Shown: piece by piece, positions 1 to 12,912 of the stretch
How positions within the stretch are numbered: position 1 is the stretch's first letter
Layout of the letters: each line of letters begins with the position of its first letter
Assembly: GCF_036365525.1 (NCBI RefSeq)
Contig: NC_090387.1
Location: 70,953,535-71,017,534, forward strand
From: Heterodontus francisci
Lineage: Eukaryota
Direction: 5' to 3'
DNA length: 64,000 nucleotides
The notes under the pieces: model-generated
Database searches by the model: none
Told to the model about the DNA's origin: nothing
Seen by the model: the letters and a program-made list of their open reading frames with translations, nothing else
Translations under genes and position numbers: made by a program

Positions 1-362
1 GGGTTTGATGGATGTGCAGGGTAATCCTGGGTGGGGGTGGAGGTGGGGGAGGGGAGGGGCACAATTTAGGTTAGAATCTGGAGCACCAGTCAATCAGTTT
101 TATTAGAGAGGTTTACACATGCTTATAAAGTGATTGACAAAAAGTTAAACCCCTCTCTGTCATTCCTTACTCTCTGGCAATGAGCACAAGGTTTACCGCC
201 ATTATATTATAAAAGCAAAATACTGCAGATGCTTGAAATCTTTGCTGAGGAACTTTTGGATTGTATTTTGGGTGTTCTCATGTTATTCTGGGATTTCTTC
301 CCAGCTCACCCCCAATAGATCCAGGCATAATTCATCATCGGCTGCGTTTGCTGACAACAGTA

Positions 363-462
363 CCACTAGGTGGCGCTGCAGTGGCACATGTACAAATGCA
401 GCACGTGCCACTAAAACGTCACAGTCTGCGACTTCAGGCAGCTGCCAGGACTAAAGATGGCG
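363..462 (+). promoter_or_regulatory. CTCF-like motif (363-376) and YY1-like motif (454-462) inside a dispersed repeat
   Basis: CCACTAGGTGGCGC and AAGATGGCG. Related copies at 5948-6022 and 51561-51635. Motif match only. Confidence 0.4.
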
Positions 463-623
463 CTGCTCAAATAATCACACGAAGGCAACCTAACCTAAAC
501 ACCCGGCCATTTAAATGATCTGCTGCGTTTAATATTGCAGCGGCTATGTGAAGCTCGGCCCCTTCACATGTGGGCCGCCATTGTTTCCAGCCGTTGCCGA
601 TCACGGTGTCGGCAACATAAATT

Positions 624-3600
624 TCAGCCCATAGTCTCCCTCAGCATGATCCCTCCACCATCCAGACTAACACAACCTGACCTCCATTCGGGATTCTGAC
701 TGAGTGGGAGAGTGTGTGGATACCAGGGGTCCCCTATCTGCACCCATCCATTTTTCTTTGTCCTCATAAACCACACTTTATTGTTTACTCTCATCATCTT
801 TTTGGATGGATTACAAATGATGCACATCCCTTTCCCTTCTCGAACTTCACAAACTGTTTTTGCGTTGTTGAACGCGCAGTTTATTTGGTAATTTCCCGTG
901 AGCACCCCGGTGTATTCTTCCTTCTCATGCCCCACCAATTTACCCCACTCCACGCTTGAATTCCCAATGTATATACCTCCGCCTCAACCCTAGGGGTTTC
1001 AGTGGGATAGATGCGATAAATGACTGGCTCTGCATTATCATTATTATTTTAATTATTTTGAAGTGCTAACATCTTGTCTGGACATAGGTTGCCAGTCACG
1101 AATCCCAGGATCGTCACCCTTAGCGTCATCTTCATAATTCTGTAAGATAAAAGAAAAAACAAAACAAAACCCTGATCTGTGAGAAAATTTGCCACAGGCA
1201 TATTATAATGATATACAATCGAACTTTAATGGTACGTGAAATTAGGGTCAATCTGGGTCTCCTGACCCTGTTACTCCTTCTCAGGGGCTGCGATGGTGTT
1301 CTTTGTCGTGACGATGGTGTTCTCTCAGACAACTCAATTTTAGTATCTCCAGCTGCCATCTGGAAAAAGTGTTCTAACGTTCAGGTGTTACCATCTGTGG
1401 TGTCACCTACGGGAGTGTCACCACCTACGGGAGTGTCACCATCTACAGGACTGTCATCTATGATACCCCCCTGATGTGGGATAGGGGTTTTGTCACAATC
1501 TCACATGATTGGATCACAGGGTTGCAGAGAGGCAATTCCGCCAGAACTATTAGGCTTCGGTCCTGCATTTGGCGGCTGGTGAATCTTCATCTGATTAATG
1601 TGAAACCACTTGACCCACTTGGGCACCTGGACAGCAAACACCGTAGTGCACTACAGAGTAGGGGCCTTTGTAGAGTGGTTCAAACACTCCCACTCTGGTG
1701 TAATTTCGGACCATGATCTGATCTCCCACAACTCACTCCTGAGGTTTCAGTTGCTCCAAGTTCAATCGGTTACGCTGGTGACTGTGACCTATAGTTATGG
1801 CATTGAGATATAGGGAACGCAATGTCTGCCACAACTCAGCCATAAATTTGCCCTTGGTCACTTCCCTGGCCTGTGCCTCGGTAAGGGTGGGCACCAGTAT
1901 ATGCTGTGGTGTTCTCATCTGATGCCTGGTGATCAGTTCATGAGGGGACCTCATCCCACTTATAGCATTTTTGAGGGTACGGTCCATGTGTTCCATGACA
2001 TCTGAAGACTGGGGATTGTATGCAATGTGCCATTTACCTTCAATCCCTCAGAGCTTTACAGTAGCCTGCATTACCTGTCCTATGAAGTGGCTGCCCTGAT
2101 CTGACCTCATCATCTGCAATAGCCCCCATCGAGAAAATACTTCCCTAGCTGGGGTCTTGGCAGCCCACAATGCAGTGGCTGATTTACGGGGAAAAGCTTC
2201 CACCCACTTGGTGAACAAGACAGAACTTGTTACCTTTCCTTGTCGTAGGTAGGGAACCAATAAAATCAATCAGAACACACTGCCAGGGTCCCTCTATGTG
2301 CCTAGTATGACCCATGGAAACCTTGTAATGAGGATCAGGATTGTTTGCTGCACAGGCCAAACAGGTTTCCCAATGACTGACAACATCCTGGTGGATGCTG
2401 GGCCACCAAGTCACAGGCCTGATGCGTTCACAGGTAGCCTCAAAGCCGGGGTGACACACTCCTGGACCCCCTATACTAATTAGCATTACTATACTAATAA
2501 GCTCTTAATGATATCCCTCGGGGACAACCTACCTATCATCTTTAAACAACATTCCTTCCCTTAACTGGACATCCAGGGCTCCAAAAGGTCCTTCCACTGG
2601 GGAATTATCTAGTTTGGCCTGGATGGCTGCCCTCAGAACTACATCTTTCACTTGTACCTCTTTCAAGTCGTCTGGGAGCTGGATCTCAACAGGTGTATTG
2701 GGAGTAACTGCCGTTACTACACCCGACTGATTGGGGTCCCAAGGCATTTCTTCTACAGCCCCATTTTTGGCTAATTCGTCCACCTTCTTATTCCCTTCCC
2801 ACCTAGGCTCAGTTTTAGAATGAGCCTTAACCTTGTGGATGTAAACCTGGCCATCCGCTTTCCTGCCCAGCTGGAGAATAGCCTTCAACAAAGAGATGCT
2901 TTTGCCGGTAAACATTGAGTCCCAGCAGATCATATAGGGAGTAGGAAATTCCTGAGGGCGGGTAACTACATAAGTGACAGCAGCCAGCTCGGCCGGTTGG
3001 GCGTTGATGTGGGATGGTCATTTTATAGTCAGCTCAATGCTTCGGAGGGGGTCATGGATTCCACAACCCATCTTCCGTTCTCCTTGTTCTACAAAATTAG
3101 ACCCATCCACATAAATGTCTCACCCTTTGGGATGTATTCCTGCCCGGAACACCACATCAGTCACCCAGACCCCCTCCACGGTGCACTTATGGGGTTCCCC
3201 CTTCCCCCTGGATAGCTGAGGTTAGCTGCCAGCTGACGCTCCAGCAGTGATTTGATCTTTAGGGTGGTGTTCTGCAAAAAAAAGGTTCCACCGAGCCACT
3301 CCTGCACTGGACACCGTCCCCTCTTTGATGTGCCCCTCTAGTAATATTCGGGTAGGGGTGTGATGGGTGGTCAGCATCACCACCTGACTGCCAGTATACA
3401 GGGTGAAATATTTCACTGACCAGAAGGTGACCAGTAGATGGCGCTCACACACCAAATATCCCTTCTGTCCCTCAATGAGGACCCTCGACACGATGCTACC
3501 GGCTGGTGGAGGCCGTCTACCTCCTGCAGAAGGAATCCACTTAGGTTGGTGTTGCTTGCAGCAACTTCCAGAGTGAATTCTCTGGTTGGGTCCACCATAA

Positions 3601-4870
3601 CCAGTGCCGGAGCCGACTGTAAATCTCCCTTCAATTGGACAAAAGCCTCCTCGCACTGCTGTGTCCACTCCCAGTCTACTCCCTTCTTAAGCAGGGCTAA
3701 CAGTGGTGCTGACTTCCCACCATAATCCTCAATGAACTCCCTGCAATACCCGGTAAGGCCCAAAAATGATCGGTGGGCTGGCACTGATCCCAGGCAGTTA
3801 AGCACCTCTATGATTTCCCACCTCCCCTGATCTATGGCCAATTCCCCTGGTCTGATCGTCAAGCCTAGAAATTGGACTTCCTTCTGTTTCATCTGCACCT
3901 TCTTGGGTGCAACCCCATCTTCTCCTACTACCCCTCCCCACAAGTAATTAGTCCCCATATCAACTGTCACCTGGTGGCAGAGCATCCAGCCTGCTCCCAA
4001 AACTCCTACTCCTGTGTCTGACCACTTGCCTCTCGTAATAAAGCCAGGAATTCTGCCAAGATTCCTTATGGTCCCATTTACTCTCGGAGAAGAGGAGAAG
4101 TCAGCCACATATTGGTTGAGGTGGCCGGGTCAACTAAATCCTTTCAGGGCATCAGCCATACACTGGTGGAAGATGGAAGGGCTGTTATGAAAGCCCTGGG
4201 GCAAACATGTCCAGGTATACTGCTGATCCTTAAATGTGAAAATGAATTTGTACTGGTCCTCCTTCCTTACCAGGATGGGCCAAAACCCATTCGATATATC
4301 TAAAACAGTAAATATCTGGGTGCCGACTGGGATAGCAGCTATCAAGTCTGTCACAGCAGCAACCATGGGGGCACAAGCTAGGATGTTCTTATTGAAGACC
4401 TGGTAGTCCACTGTCATCCTCCATGACCTGTCTGGTTTCTTCACTGGCCAAATGGGGGAATTGACATGGGTAGCTATCAGTCAGAGAACTCCCTGTCCCA
4501 CTAGGGATTTCATTGCTTTCTCTAAGTCATCCTCTGCCTCTCTTGGGAAGGTGTATTGTTTCTGGGGTCACACGGTAGCTTCCCCATCTATTTGTCCCTC
4601 CATCCCGGCCACCCTTCCACAATGAGGCCCTCTGTTCCTCAATTAAATCTTTATATTCGGATCGGCTATTCTGTATCAGGGCATCAGTGTCATACGATCT
4701 CAATGAAATGATCGGCTGCCTTTTCTGGTTCTCCCAGGGAAGACCACAACCCCATCTTCTCCTAATACCCCTCCCCACAAGTAATTAGTCCCCATATCTA
4801 CTGTCACCTGGTGGCAGAGCATCCAGTCTGCTCCCAAAACTCCTACTCCTGTGTCTGACCACTTGGCCAG
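624..4870 (-). mobile_element. Decayed retrovirus-type LTR element: protease C-terminus, RT, tether, RNase H, integrase, then an env-like remnant
   Basis: VLGADW (protease C-term); PIWPVKKPDRSWRMTVDY, LDISNGFW, LPQGFHNSP, YVAD (degenerate YxDD); KVKAHSK..GNKKVDELAK (RNase H); HPG..CLAC, IDFIG, SDQGSHF (integrase). Many stops and frameshifts. Confidence 0.92.
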
Positions 4871-6099
4871 AATTCTGGCACAGCCGGAAGCAGCAGCCTT
4901 CCATCCTGGATTGGGACTTGCAGCACCTTATGGGGAATTCTGGAGCACAGACCAACCTGCTTCAGAAACGGTGTTAGTCTGTGCCATTGGTGCTGTGAGA
5001 TTCTGGTGTGTCACCAGAAACTGGAGCAGAGGCCTGTGCAGCTAGCGTAGCAGCCCCTAGAGCATCTTAAAGATGCACTAATTCCATCTCCAATGAGTTT
5101 GTTTCTTCTTTGAAGTGCAAACTCACTTTTGTATTCAGCACCAAGCCCCCATCAGCCCCTCTATTCTACCACTGTCCCTCCTCAATCCCCCACTGCCACA
5201 TTGTGAGAATCTTAGCAATTCTAGGTACATTTTTAATGAAGACTGAAGCAGCCATTTAGAGACATTTGTTTGGGAATTTGCCTTCCCCATCCCAAAGCTA
5301 TCAGTCACATTTCATAGCCAAGGTGATACCATAGACATTCCTTTAGGGAATCTACCAACTCTTCTCAAGATGACAGGTGACGAGAGAGTGGATCAGGAGC
5401 AGCAGAGGGAGGCTGCAGATGAATGAGAACAAGAAGCACAACAGGTGGAATTGTCACCAGCCCTTAAGCAGCAAGACAAAAGTGAATCCATATCCACTTC
5501 ACTTCATCACTGTCTATTGCAGGACCATTTCTGGATCAAGTTCCCCCGGCAAAAGGTGGTGAGGGGCCTACTTGCCGACAATGAAACAATAAATGATTCC
5601 TGGCAAAGGAAGTGTAAAAGTAAGAAAACATTCCAGAGGGGTTTGCAGCTGTTGAATTTGAAAGGGAATGTGTGTGTTATGGACATGGCCTGACAAAACA
5701 GCACAAACAGAGTAAGGAGGGGACTGACATACTGTGGTAAACCTCTTCACATGGAAGGTTGGAAGTTCAGAAATTGCCCTCACCCATTCCATTATGTCCA
5801 GCTATGCAGCCCTGACCATGTTTCGTTGAAGACCGAGCCCTTCATTCCCAAAATGGCACCTCTCAGTGCCTGTATCTCCTTCACAGTGGCTCTCTCAGAA
5901 AAAACAAGTTTGCCTTTCACCAAAGGCTGCGTTTGCTGACAATGCTGCCACTAGGTGACGCTGCGGTGCCACTAAAACGTCACAGTCTGCAACTTCAGGC
6001 AGCTGCCAGGACTAAAGATGGCGCTGCTCAAATAATCACATGAAGGCAACATAACCTAAACACATGACAGCACATAATGGCGGGAGAGAGAGAGCAAAC

Positions 6100-6840
6100 G
6101 AGCGAACGAGCGGGGCCGGCGCTGGGGGGGGCGGAGTGGGGCCGGAGCTGGGGGGGGCGGAGTGGGGCCGGAGCTGGTGGGGGCGGAGTGGGGCCGGAGC
6201 TGGGGGGGGGGGCGGAGCGGGGCTGGAGAGCAGCCGGAGATGGGGGGCGGGGCGGAGCAGGGGGCGGAGCTGGGACGGAGCTGGGGGGGGCGGAGCGGGG
6301 CCGGAGCTGGGGGGTGGGGCCAGAGCTGGGGGCGGGGCGGGCCGTAGCTGGGGGAGCGGAGCGGAACCAGAGATGGGGGTGGCGGGGCCGGAGCTGGGGG
6401 GGCAGGATGGGGCCGGAGCTGGGGGCGGGGCGGTGCCGGGCCGGAGCTGGGGGGCAGGGCGGGGCCGTTGCTGGGGGGGGCGGAGCGGGGCCGGAGCTGG
6501 GGGAGCAGGGCGGGGCCGGAGTTGGGGGGGTGGAGTGGGAGAGGGCGGGGCGGGGGGCGGTGCAGGGGGACGGGGTGGCGGTGGAGGGGAGGGGAACGGG
6601 GGCTGGGGGACGGCGGTGGAGGCGGATGTGGGGAGGGGGACGGGGTGGGGGCGGGGAACGGGGGGAGGAAGGGGACAGGGGAGGGGGGGAGGGGGATGGG
6701 TGGGGGTGGAGGGGTTCGGAGGGGGATGGGAGGGGAGCGGAGTGGGCTGGGGGGGAGGGGAGCGAAGCGGAGTGGGCTGGGGACGGGGGAGAGTGGAGCG
6801 GCCGGAGAGAGCAGCGAGGGGGGTGGGGGGGGGGGGTGCG
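6100..6840. repeat. GC-rich, G-skewed minisatellite (unit approx. GGGGCGGAGCGGGGCCGGAGCTGGG)
   Basis: Tandem imperfect units with G runs. Source of the spurious Pro/Gly-rich ORFs. Confidence 0.9.
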
Positions 6841-7409
6841 GAGCTTGACGTATGGGTGAATTCCCGTTAGCGTTGCATTGCTGTACGCATAAAGCGCATG
6901 CGCAGAGGCCAACCAGGCGCGTTGCCCGAAGATACACACGTCACGCGATGGTGCCATCTGCGCATGCACTAACCAGTCCTGGCAAGTTGGAACGCAGTGC
7001 ACACGCAGAGAACAGGAGACCATCTGCGCATGTGCGCACTTTGGCGCAGCCTGATGACGTCAGTGGGCGGCTACGTTGTCAGGAATCACTTTGTTCTCCA
7101 AACGCACCCCTCTTAAGCCCCACAGGAAGTGTCAGTGTAACTTTAAAGTTATACTCACGTCAGAAATTACCCACTCTGCCCCAGCTCTGTGAACTGGGTA
7201 TATGTGAAATTTGGAACTCTCTTCTGCAAATAGCAATAGATGTTAAATCAATTGTAAATTTTTAATTTGAGATTGATAGACTTCTGTTTGCCAGAGGTAT
7301 TAAGGGATATGGGGCAAAAGCAGGTATATGGAGTTCGGTGGCAAATCAGCCATGATGTCATTGAATGGGCAAACAGACTTGATGGGCTCAATGGCTTCCT
7401 CCTGTTCCT

Positions 7410-10400
7410 ATGGGATGTCTGGCTGGACGCCTGGTTCCAGTGAAGATGGGGAGGGGACACAGGCCACAGCACTCCAGCTCCTTCCAGAAATCTGACGGTG
7501 ATATTTACAGAATCTCACAATCTGCGCTGCTCAAGTGCCTCTGCCAGGTCACTGATACCATGTTAACCAGGGTTGGTACTTACATCCACTTCGCAACTGA
7601 TGAGGCCAGTCGGAATGAGTGGTCTTTCAGGTTTGCTGTTCAGGCTGAATTCCCACAGGTACAAGGAGTCATAGATTGCACACATATGAAAATCGAGGTG
7701 CCCTCAGATCACCCAGCAGTATTCATTAACTGAAAGGGATTGCACTTCATTAATGTTCAGTTGGTCTGCAACCACTGAAATATCATCAAGCCTGTCTGTA
7801 CAAGACACCCAGGCAGCTGCCATGATTTCTTCATCCTGCACCAGTCAAGTTTCCCACAGATATTCCACACCCCCAACCAGTCAGCAGATGGCTCCTTGGA
7901 GACAAGGGAAACCTTCTAAAGACATGGCTGATGACACCTGTAGGGCGCCCTAGCACTGACTCCCAGGAAAGGTACAACCAACGACACATGAGTGCAAGTG
8001 GTCATTGAGCAAGCAATCAAAATGCTGAAGGGAGCCTGCACAGATGTGGAATGTCTTTCAGTATGTACCAGCAAGTGTTTCGAGAACGAGAGTAGTGTTT
8101 TGTTCCTTGCACATATTCGAGCAGCAGAGAGAATTGATGCTGCAGGGAGAAGGAAGCTGATGAGCACATTGCAACTTTGGAGGAGGAGGGAGAGGAGCTA
8201 GAGGAGGAGTCTGATTGGCCAAGGGATATAGCCACCTCAAGTAGTTGCCAGGGATTCTGGGATGACCTGACGAAAGCAAGCTTCAGCCAATCTGAAAAGG
8301 TGCAGCCATCTGTCAGATCAATTCTGAACCCTCTGTGCCCACCCAATCCCCCAGCACAAAGAAGCCCACAATAAACAATCCATCGCTCTCACTGACACCC
8401 ATTGCTTGTCTTTACCTCCGCTCCTACCATTCTTCATTGGGTAGAAGGTCACTTGGCAGACATCAGGCAAAATGGGGCAATGGAGTTTTGAAACAAAGTT
8501 TATGGCTGATAAACTTAAAACAGAAATGTGACAATGTAAAACCGTGTTAAACCCTCAAGCGAATACCGTTGTGTAAATAATTTCTCTTCCTTTTTCTTGC
8601 AACCCCTGCGACTTCAGCAGAGGCAGAGGCAAGCTGTTCGTTTCCTGCTCAGATGCTCTTGGCTGATGTCCTCTGGGTTTCGCAGCCCATGAGGGCTCTG
8701 GCGAAGACTCACTCATCTGTACCTGTGTGGTGGAAGACCCGGCCATCAGAACAGAAGGCAGCATGTGCGGATCTGACTGACAGAGGGGCGACAAGGGGTG
8801 AGGAGAGGAAGCACCTTAAGCAGAGGCCCACGTCTATCTGCCCTTTCTCCATCTTCCCTCTCATGACCCAGCCCAATTTCCTGCTAGTCAAGAGCTGGAG
8901 AGCAATTTACTGCGGTTCAGTGAGGCACTGAACAGTCAAGGTGAAACTTTCCTCCATCCTGTTTAAGGTGCCTGACTGAGTACACAGGCCATTGGTGAGG
9001 GCCAACATGCACTTGGTTACATGCTGGCTCTGATGCTCTATGTAGGTGGTCACTCTTCCTATGGATGTAGATATTAATAGAAAGACCTGAGACGTCATGG
9101 CACTCATGTTAGAATCGGACTCCTCCAACCTCTTTCCAATCACATGCAGTGCCACTGGAAAGGCTGACAGAACCTCACATACTTACTGTTGCTGCTCCAG
9201 AATAGTCCTATTTGTCAACGGTCCTGCATCCTCCAATGGTGACTCTCCACTGCTGTCCCTGTCTCCACCACCTGCTCCTGCTCACTTGTAATGTAGGCTT
9301 TACCATGTGACAACCCAACTACCTGTCTTGGCGGCCCAACCAGGTGTGTGTGTCTCCCCTATTGAGGGATGCACATGAGTCCTGTGAGGATGTTTCTTCA
9401 CAGTGAGTGACCTCCTCTGAGGAGTCTTCATCGTCCTCCAGCAGCACCTCCTGAGGGACACTTGTAGGACTTGTGAGAAATGAAAGGCATGCATTAAAAC
9501 TGATAGGGTGGGAGGGTTCTAAGCCATCATTGTGCAGATCATCATTTCTCAGTGGTTACTAACATGGTCGACATGAGTAAGTGTTGTATGCCGTGTGGTT
9601 GTGTGATATTTCATTTTGTCACCAGGTAGCTAGGAGACGCCCATCATTCCATTTCCAATGGTTAAGCATGTCAAGACCCATCTTACCTCCAGTGCTTCTC
9701 CACAGCTGTCCATATGGAGATGACTGGAGGACCACCTCTGGTTCTCTGCCTCCCCCTAGTGGTCTGCACTCTCTTTTCCTGCAAGGAGAGAAAGAAGAGA
9801 CCTATGAGTGTGAGATGTGGAATGCTTTGAGATGGTGGAAAGCCAAGATTTGTGGAGGGTCATTGTGAGGGACAGGTGTGACATGACGAGATAATGTTGA
9901 GTGTCAGATGTGACTTGTCAGATGGGGATGTGAGGAGGTGCCTTGAGGGAGAGGGATGGGTGCACCTGTAAGGGTGTTGATCTAAGGAGTGATGTGCAGC
10001 AGAAGGTTGGGAAAGCAAAATGAGGGGAGTTGCCTTTGAATGTGCCATGCTACTCACTTTTACTGCCCATATTGGGTAATTGAAACTCTTGCAGCACTGT
10101 ATCCAGGAGCAAAGCACCACACTCCTGCTGCTAACCTCCTTTGCCACACCCAGCCAATCCTGCTTGATTTCTGAGACTGTCCTCTTACTCCTGTCCAGGG
10201 GAACAGAATCTCCCTGCACGCCCTCACAGCCCACTGCATGATGTCCAGGTACGTATGTGAGAGGCGTGGTGCTGCCTTTCTACATTGACAGTCCATCTGT
10301 GAAGCTCCTAGCTCTGTTTTGACACTTCTTGAATGCTCCCATTCTGACCTTGGTAGGGTCCCTTTAAATAGTGGAGCTGAAGCAGACAGCTGCGGGTCGT

Positions 10401-10480
10401 CATAACGCCCGCCTGCTCGTTCACTGTAATAGGTTGAGAAAACCAGAAGCCAGGTACAAATGCCGTGGGTCAGTTAAAAA
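7410..10480. mobile_element. PIF/Harbinger remnant: HARBI1-type DDE transposase (+, ~7410-8300) convergent with a Myb/SANT-like gene (-, ~8550-10296)
   Basis: [35 protein letters not shown] on +. RKAAPR(L/F)S..EILFP..W..VAKEVS..WIQCCKSFN on -. Disrupted by stops. Confidence 0.88.
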
Positions 10481-12579
10481 GCCACCAATAAGCGCACTGC
10501 TGAAACTTCTGAGTTCCCAAAGTGCTGCTGGCCTTTCCCACAGCAAGTAGGTCTGATGGTGTCGAGCTTCTTGAGTGTTGTTGGAGCTGCACCCATCCAG
10601 GTAAGTGGAGAATATTCTATCACACTCCTGACTTGTGCCTTGTAGATGGTGGATTGGCTGAAGTCTGGCATCTGTGATACTGGGGACTTCAGGAGAAGGC
10701 CGAGATGGATCATCAACTCGGCACTTCTGGCTGAAGATTGTTGCAAATGCTTCAGCCTTATCTTTTGCACTGATGTGCTGGGCTCCCCAATCATTGAGGA
10801 TGGGGATATTTATACATCCATTGGGACCTTTAAAGACTGTTGTGGTCTGGCACTCTCATTCATTAGTAGTGATTGTGACATTGCCAGCTTTATAGCTTTT
10901 GCACTGCGTACCTTTAGAAATACAAAGATATTGGGTGTTTTTCTCTCTCTCTCTTTTTCTCAAATGATAGTTGGATCGTGCAAAGTAAGTGAGGAGATCA
11001 CTAAATAATGCAGCACTTTCACCATGTATGGGAAGAAACTCCATGGGTCACCCAACATCTTCCCCATTTTAACTTAAGATCTGAAATTAGGCTGGGACCC
11101 ACCTTACAGGAGGCATTGTGTGAGATGAAGGTTCAGTCCCTAGTCCCAAGACCAGCAGTGGAAGATAGACAGGGACAACTAATGCTTGGAGTTGCCAGAT
11201 CACCAGCTCGGAGTGGGATTATCAGTCCCTTGTGCGGAGGCCACAGCAAGTCTGCATCTGGTGGGAATGGGCCCCAGCTAGGCGTCCAGGCTGGAATCAT
11301 GATGGGGGCCTGGCTTTTGCACTTGTGGCAAGCAGGACAGAGCTACATTTCCTGCCCTGACCTCAAACACTCTGGTGGCGACAAATGCTAAGGCTTCCAG
11401 CAGCCTAGCCTGGGATCCACAGCCCGTGGATATTTGAGTCAATGATCTCATGGGCAGAGATTCTGTCAGATTAGATGGTGATTTAGTTTTTAGCCTTTCT
11501 TCAGTATATTCTACCTCTGGATTTGGTTGCTGAATTAATAATTTGTTTAGTGACTGATCTGTGTACACTTCTTAATGAAATAATGAGATAAATTGAGCAG
11601 ACATGTTACTTACACTTGCTCATCAATTTTCTATGAGGTTTTGCATGGCAAGTTGCTGTTCGGCAAACATCTACATGGCTCAATGCCTTCTACAGAGTGT
11701 CTGGCACCTGCGTGAACAGGGGAAGCAACTGTATGTTTCCTTAACCAGTCAGATAAAAGAATCATTATTGAACAGTGCAGAGTCTGAAACAGGAAGTGGC
11801 AATTAGAATATTAGATTCAAAGTTGAATCAGTACAGAAAGCAAAATAAAGGGGGCAAGAAAGACTGGACTAAGAGAGAGGTAAGAGACAGAAAGAATCAT
11901 TTAAAAGGATTTTTACTTTAATTTTTTTCAATCTCCAACAATAATTAGAAGCTGAAGAAATGAGACTCCATAACTTTAAAATTCATTTAAAGTACCAGGA
12001 AGATTGTTTGGCAATAATAAAGACTTACTATAGTGTTAAAAGGCTACTGAAACTGGAATGGACAAGACTTGCTATTTTGGGTGAATTTAGTCCATATCAA
12101 TGATGTTAGGAGTTTTCTGCCATTCAATTTTTTGGAATGATGTCATGCTCAGAAGGAGCCATGAGAAAATAAACAATGAATTGGAGCAATTATGAAAATA
12201 TGAAAACCTGCTAAACTGAACCACAAGAACATGGACACTTGTGTCACAGACAAAATGGAGTAGTGGTCACATGACCAAGGGTTGGCAACATGTCCTTACA
12301 TGGACACCAGTGTCCATGGTAAACAATTTTGGGGTCTGTGATTGGTAATTTCAAAGATGAGAAATTTCCCATTGTCTTCTTCAGACTGGCTTTTAAAACA
12401 ATTGCAAGTGTTAGTTTCACAGCTGACAGGTGCTGAAGCAAAACAGTGCTTCCGAACTTTGGACAGATTTGTGGTTTTCTGGCGGGCTCTGATTTTTCTT
12501 TAAAAGTTTGCTGGAAAACCTCGAATTTGTGCGAAGATCAAATGTGCTGCTGCCACTTTCAGCAGCAGTCAGAGAGAAA

Positions 12580-12912
12580 GCGGCACAGTGGTGCAGTGGT
12601 TAGCACTGCAGCCTCACAGCTCCAGGGACCCGGGTTCGATTCTGGGTACTGTCTGTGTGGAGTTTGCAAGTTCTCCCTGTGTCTGTGTGGGTTTTCTCCG
12701 GGTGCTCCGGTTTCCTCCCACAGTCCAAAAGACTTGCAGGTTGATAGGTAAATTGGCCATTATAAATTGTTACTAGTTTAAGTAGGTGATAGGGACAGGT
12801 GGGGATGTTTGGTAGGAATATGGGATTAGTGTAGGATTAGTATAAATGGGTGGTTGATGGTCGGCACAGACTCGGTGGGCCGAAGGGCCTGTTTCAGTGC
12901 TGTATCTCTAAT
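12580..12912 (+). mobile_element. tRNA-derived SINE (HE1/V-SINE-like of sharks)
   Basis: A box TGGTGCAGTGG, B box GGTTCGATTC, core TGTGGAGTTTGCAAGTTCTCCC and a LINE-like tail. Confidence 0.88.

Noticed and set aside
6028-7023. Long Pro-rich and Gly-rich ORFs in several frames (also 51641-52890 and 37960-38401)
   Set aside because: They result from stop-free GC minisatellites, are open on both strands and are not conserved between the duplicates.
7410-8300. Host HARBI1 gene
   Set aside because: It has multiple stops and frameshifts, and is paired with a Myb-like ORF as in a transposon.
12580-12650. tRNA gene
   Set aside because: The A and B boxes belong to a SINE head that continues into the SINE core and tail.
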